From positions 64,001 through 128,000 of IMG/VR virus record IMGVR_UViG_3300021256_000003: 64,000 nt of DNA; one strand, 5' to 3'. Position numbers and translations under genes: made by a program. This stretch comes from a virus (lineage: Duplodnaviria > Heunggongvirae > Uroviricota > Caudoviricetes). The notes under the pieces are model-generated. The model worked only from the letters and a program-made list of their open reading frames with translations, had not been told where the DNA came from and ran no database searches. How positions within the stretch are numbered: the stretch's first letter is position 1; the number at the start of each line of letters is the position of its first letter. Shown here piece after piece: positions 63,392 through 64,000 of the stretch.

Positions 63392-64000
63392 AGGTCAATA
63401 GATAGATTTTCGTAACTCCATTTAATTTGTGATGATTCACTATGACTTGTATCTAAATTTAGTGTAAATATAACTAATGAATTAGGGGTAATTTCTAACG
63501 GAGTATTTGGATCATCATAAGTAATAAAAATAGACACATGCGTATTATTCTTAATAATTATCTTAGATCCAATACTAGCTAAAATATGAAGTCTGCTTTG
63601 TTTACAGTCATACCATCTATTTTCAATATATCTCGGTAATTCAAGATGTATATTACTGTTAAAAACAATATTTCCATATTCCTAGAACCACCATATCGAA
63701 TCTAATTTAGACAAATCGAAAAATTCGTTTTCGTTAAAATTGTCAGGAAATAAAATTCGATAAGCTAATTGCTAGTTACCTTGTAATGTTCCATTAAATA
63801 TCCCTTTAAATTGCCCATGAGCAACAGTATTCAAAGCAACAAGAAATCCATCTTGTGTTACTAGATATTTACAATGAGAATTAGTATCTTCTTTAAATGG
63901 TTGATCACGGAATGTATTTGCTGTGAAAAGTATATTATCAATATCGTCTTCTCCTGACCAAAACGCCAATTCAGAACCGTTACTGTATCCTCCAGAAATT
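63388..64000 (-). CDS. C-terminal part of a tail/host-specificity protein (5' end outside window, code 15)
   Basis: Frame is open from the right edge through TAG 63772 to TGA 63388. Segment AFWSG...YLVTQDGFLVA...GQFKG. Confidence 0.55.

Noticed and set aside
1-64000. Fragmented ORFs as pseudogenes, frameshifts, assembly errors or intron-split genes
   Set aside because: Fragments of each gene stay in one frame, break at TAG, and the linkers I translated read as normal protein. No frame change or intron/intein signature was noticed.
1-64000. Suppressor tRNA, CRISPR array, portal and terminase genes
   Set aside because: None was recognisable. Intergenic gaps are short and explained by terminators or promoters. 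These elements may lie outside the window.

Overview
This window is 64 kb of the late (virion) gene region of an AT-rich crAss-like phage (order Crassvirales), most similar in layout to the 'delta'/Suoliviridae type; that family call is an inference. All genes lie on the minus strand and use an alternative genetic code in which TAG is read as Gln (code 15). This is why the supplied ORF track is shattered. Re-reading TAG as Gln merges the fragments into 35 tightly packed genes, and all 34 whose 3' ends lie in the window stop at TAA or TGA. In transcription order (right to left) the window holds: tail-fibre-type genes; a 2768-aa receptor-binding protein that is the target of a complete diversity-generating retroelement (107-bp VR/TR pair with 22 adenine-specific differences, plus a YCDD reverse transcriptase that itself needs TAG read-through); a terminator-bounded six-gene operon of unknown function; an M15 endolysin; scaffold-like protein and major capsid protein; ring/tail proteins; two IHF-like proteins; two large tail stabilisation/muzzle-type proteins; a lytic transglycosylase; ejected 'cargo' proteins; a 2976-aa protein with SF1 helicase motifs; and the virion RNA polymerase, which runs off the left edge. 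No tRNA, rRNA or CRISPR array was seen. Product names come from motif recognition and synteny, not from database searches. Long genes were checked by frame agreement of their fragments and by hand-translating many linkers, not codon by codon.
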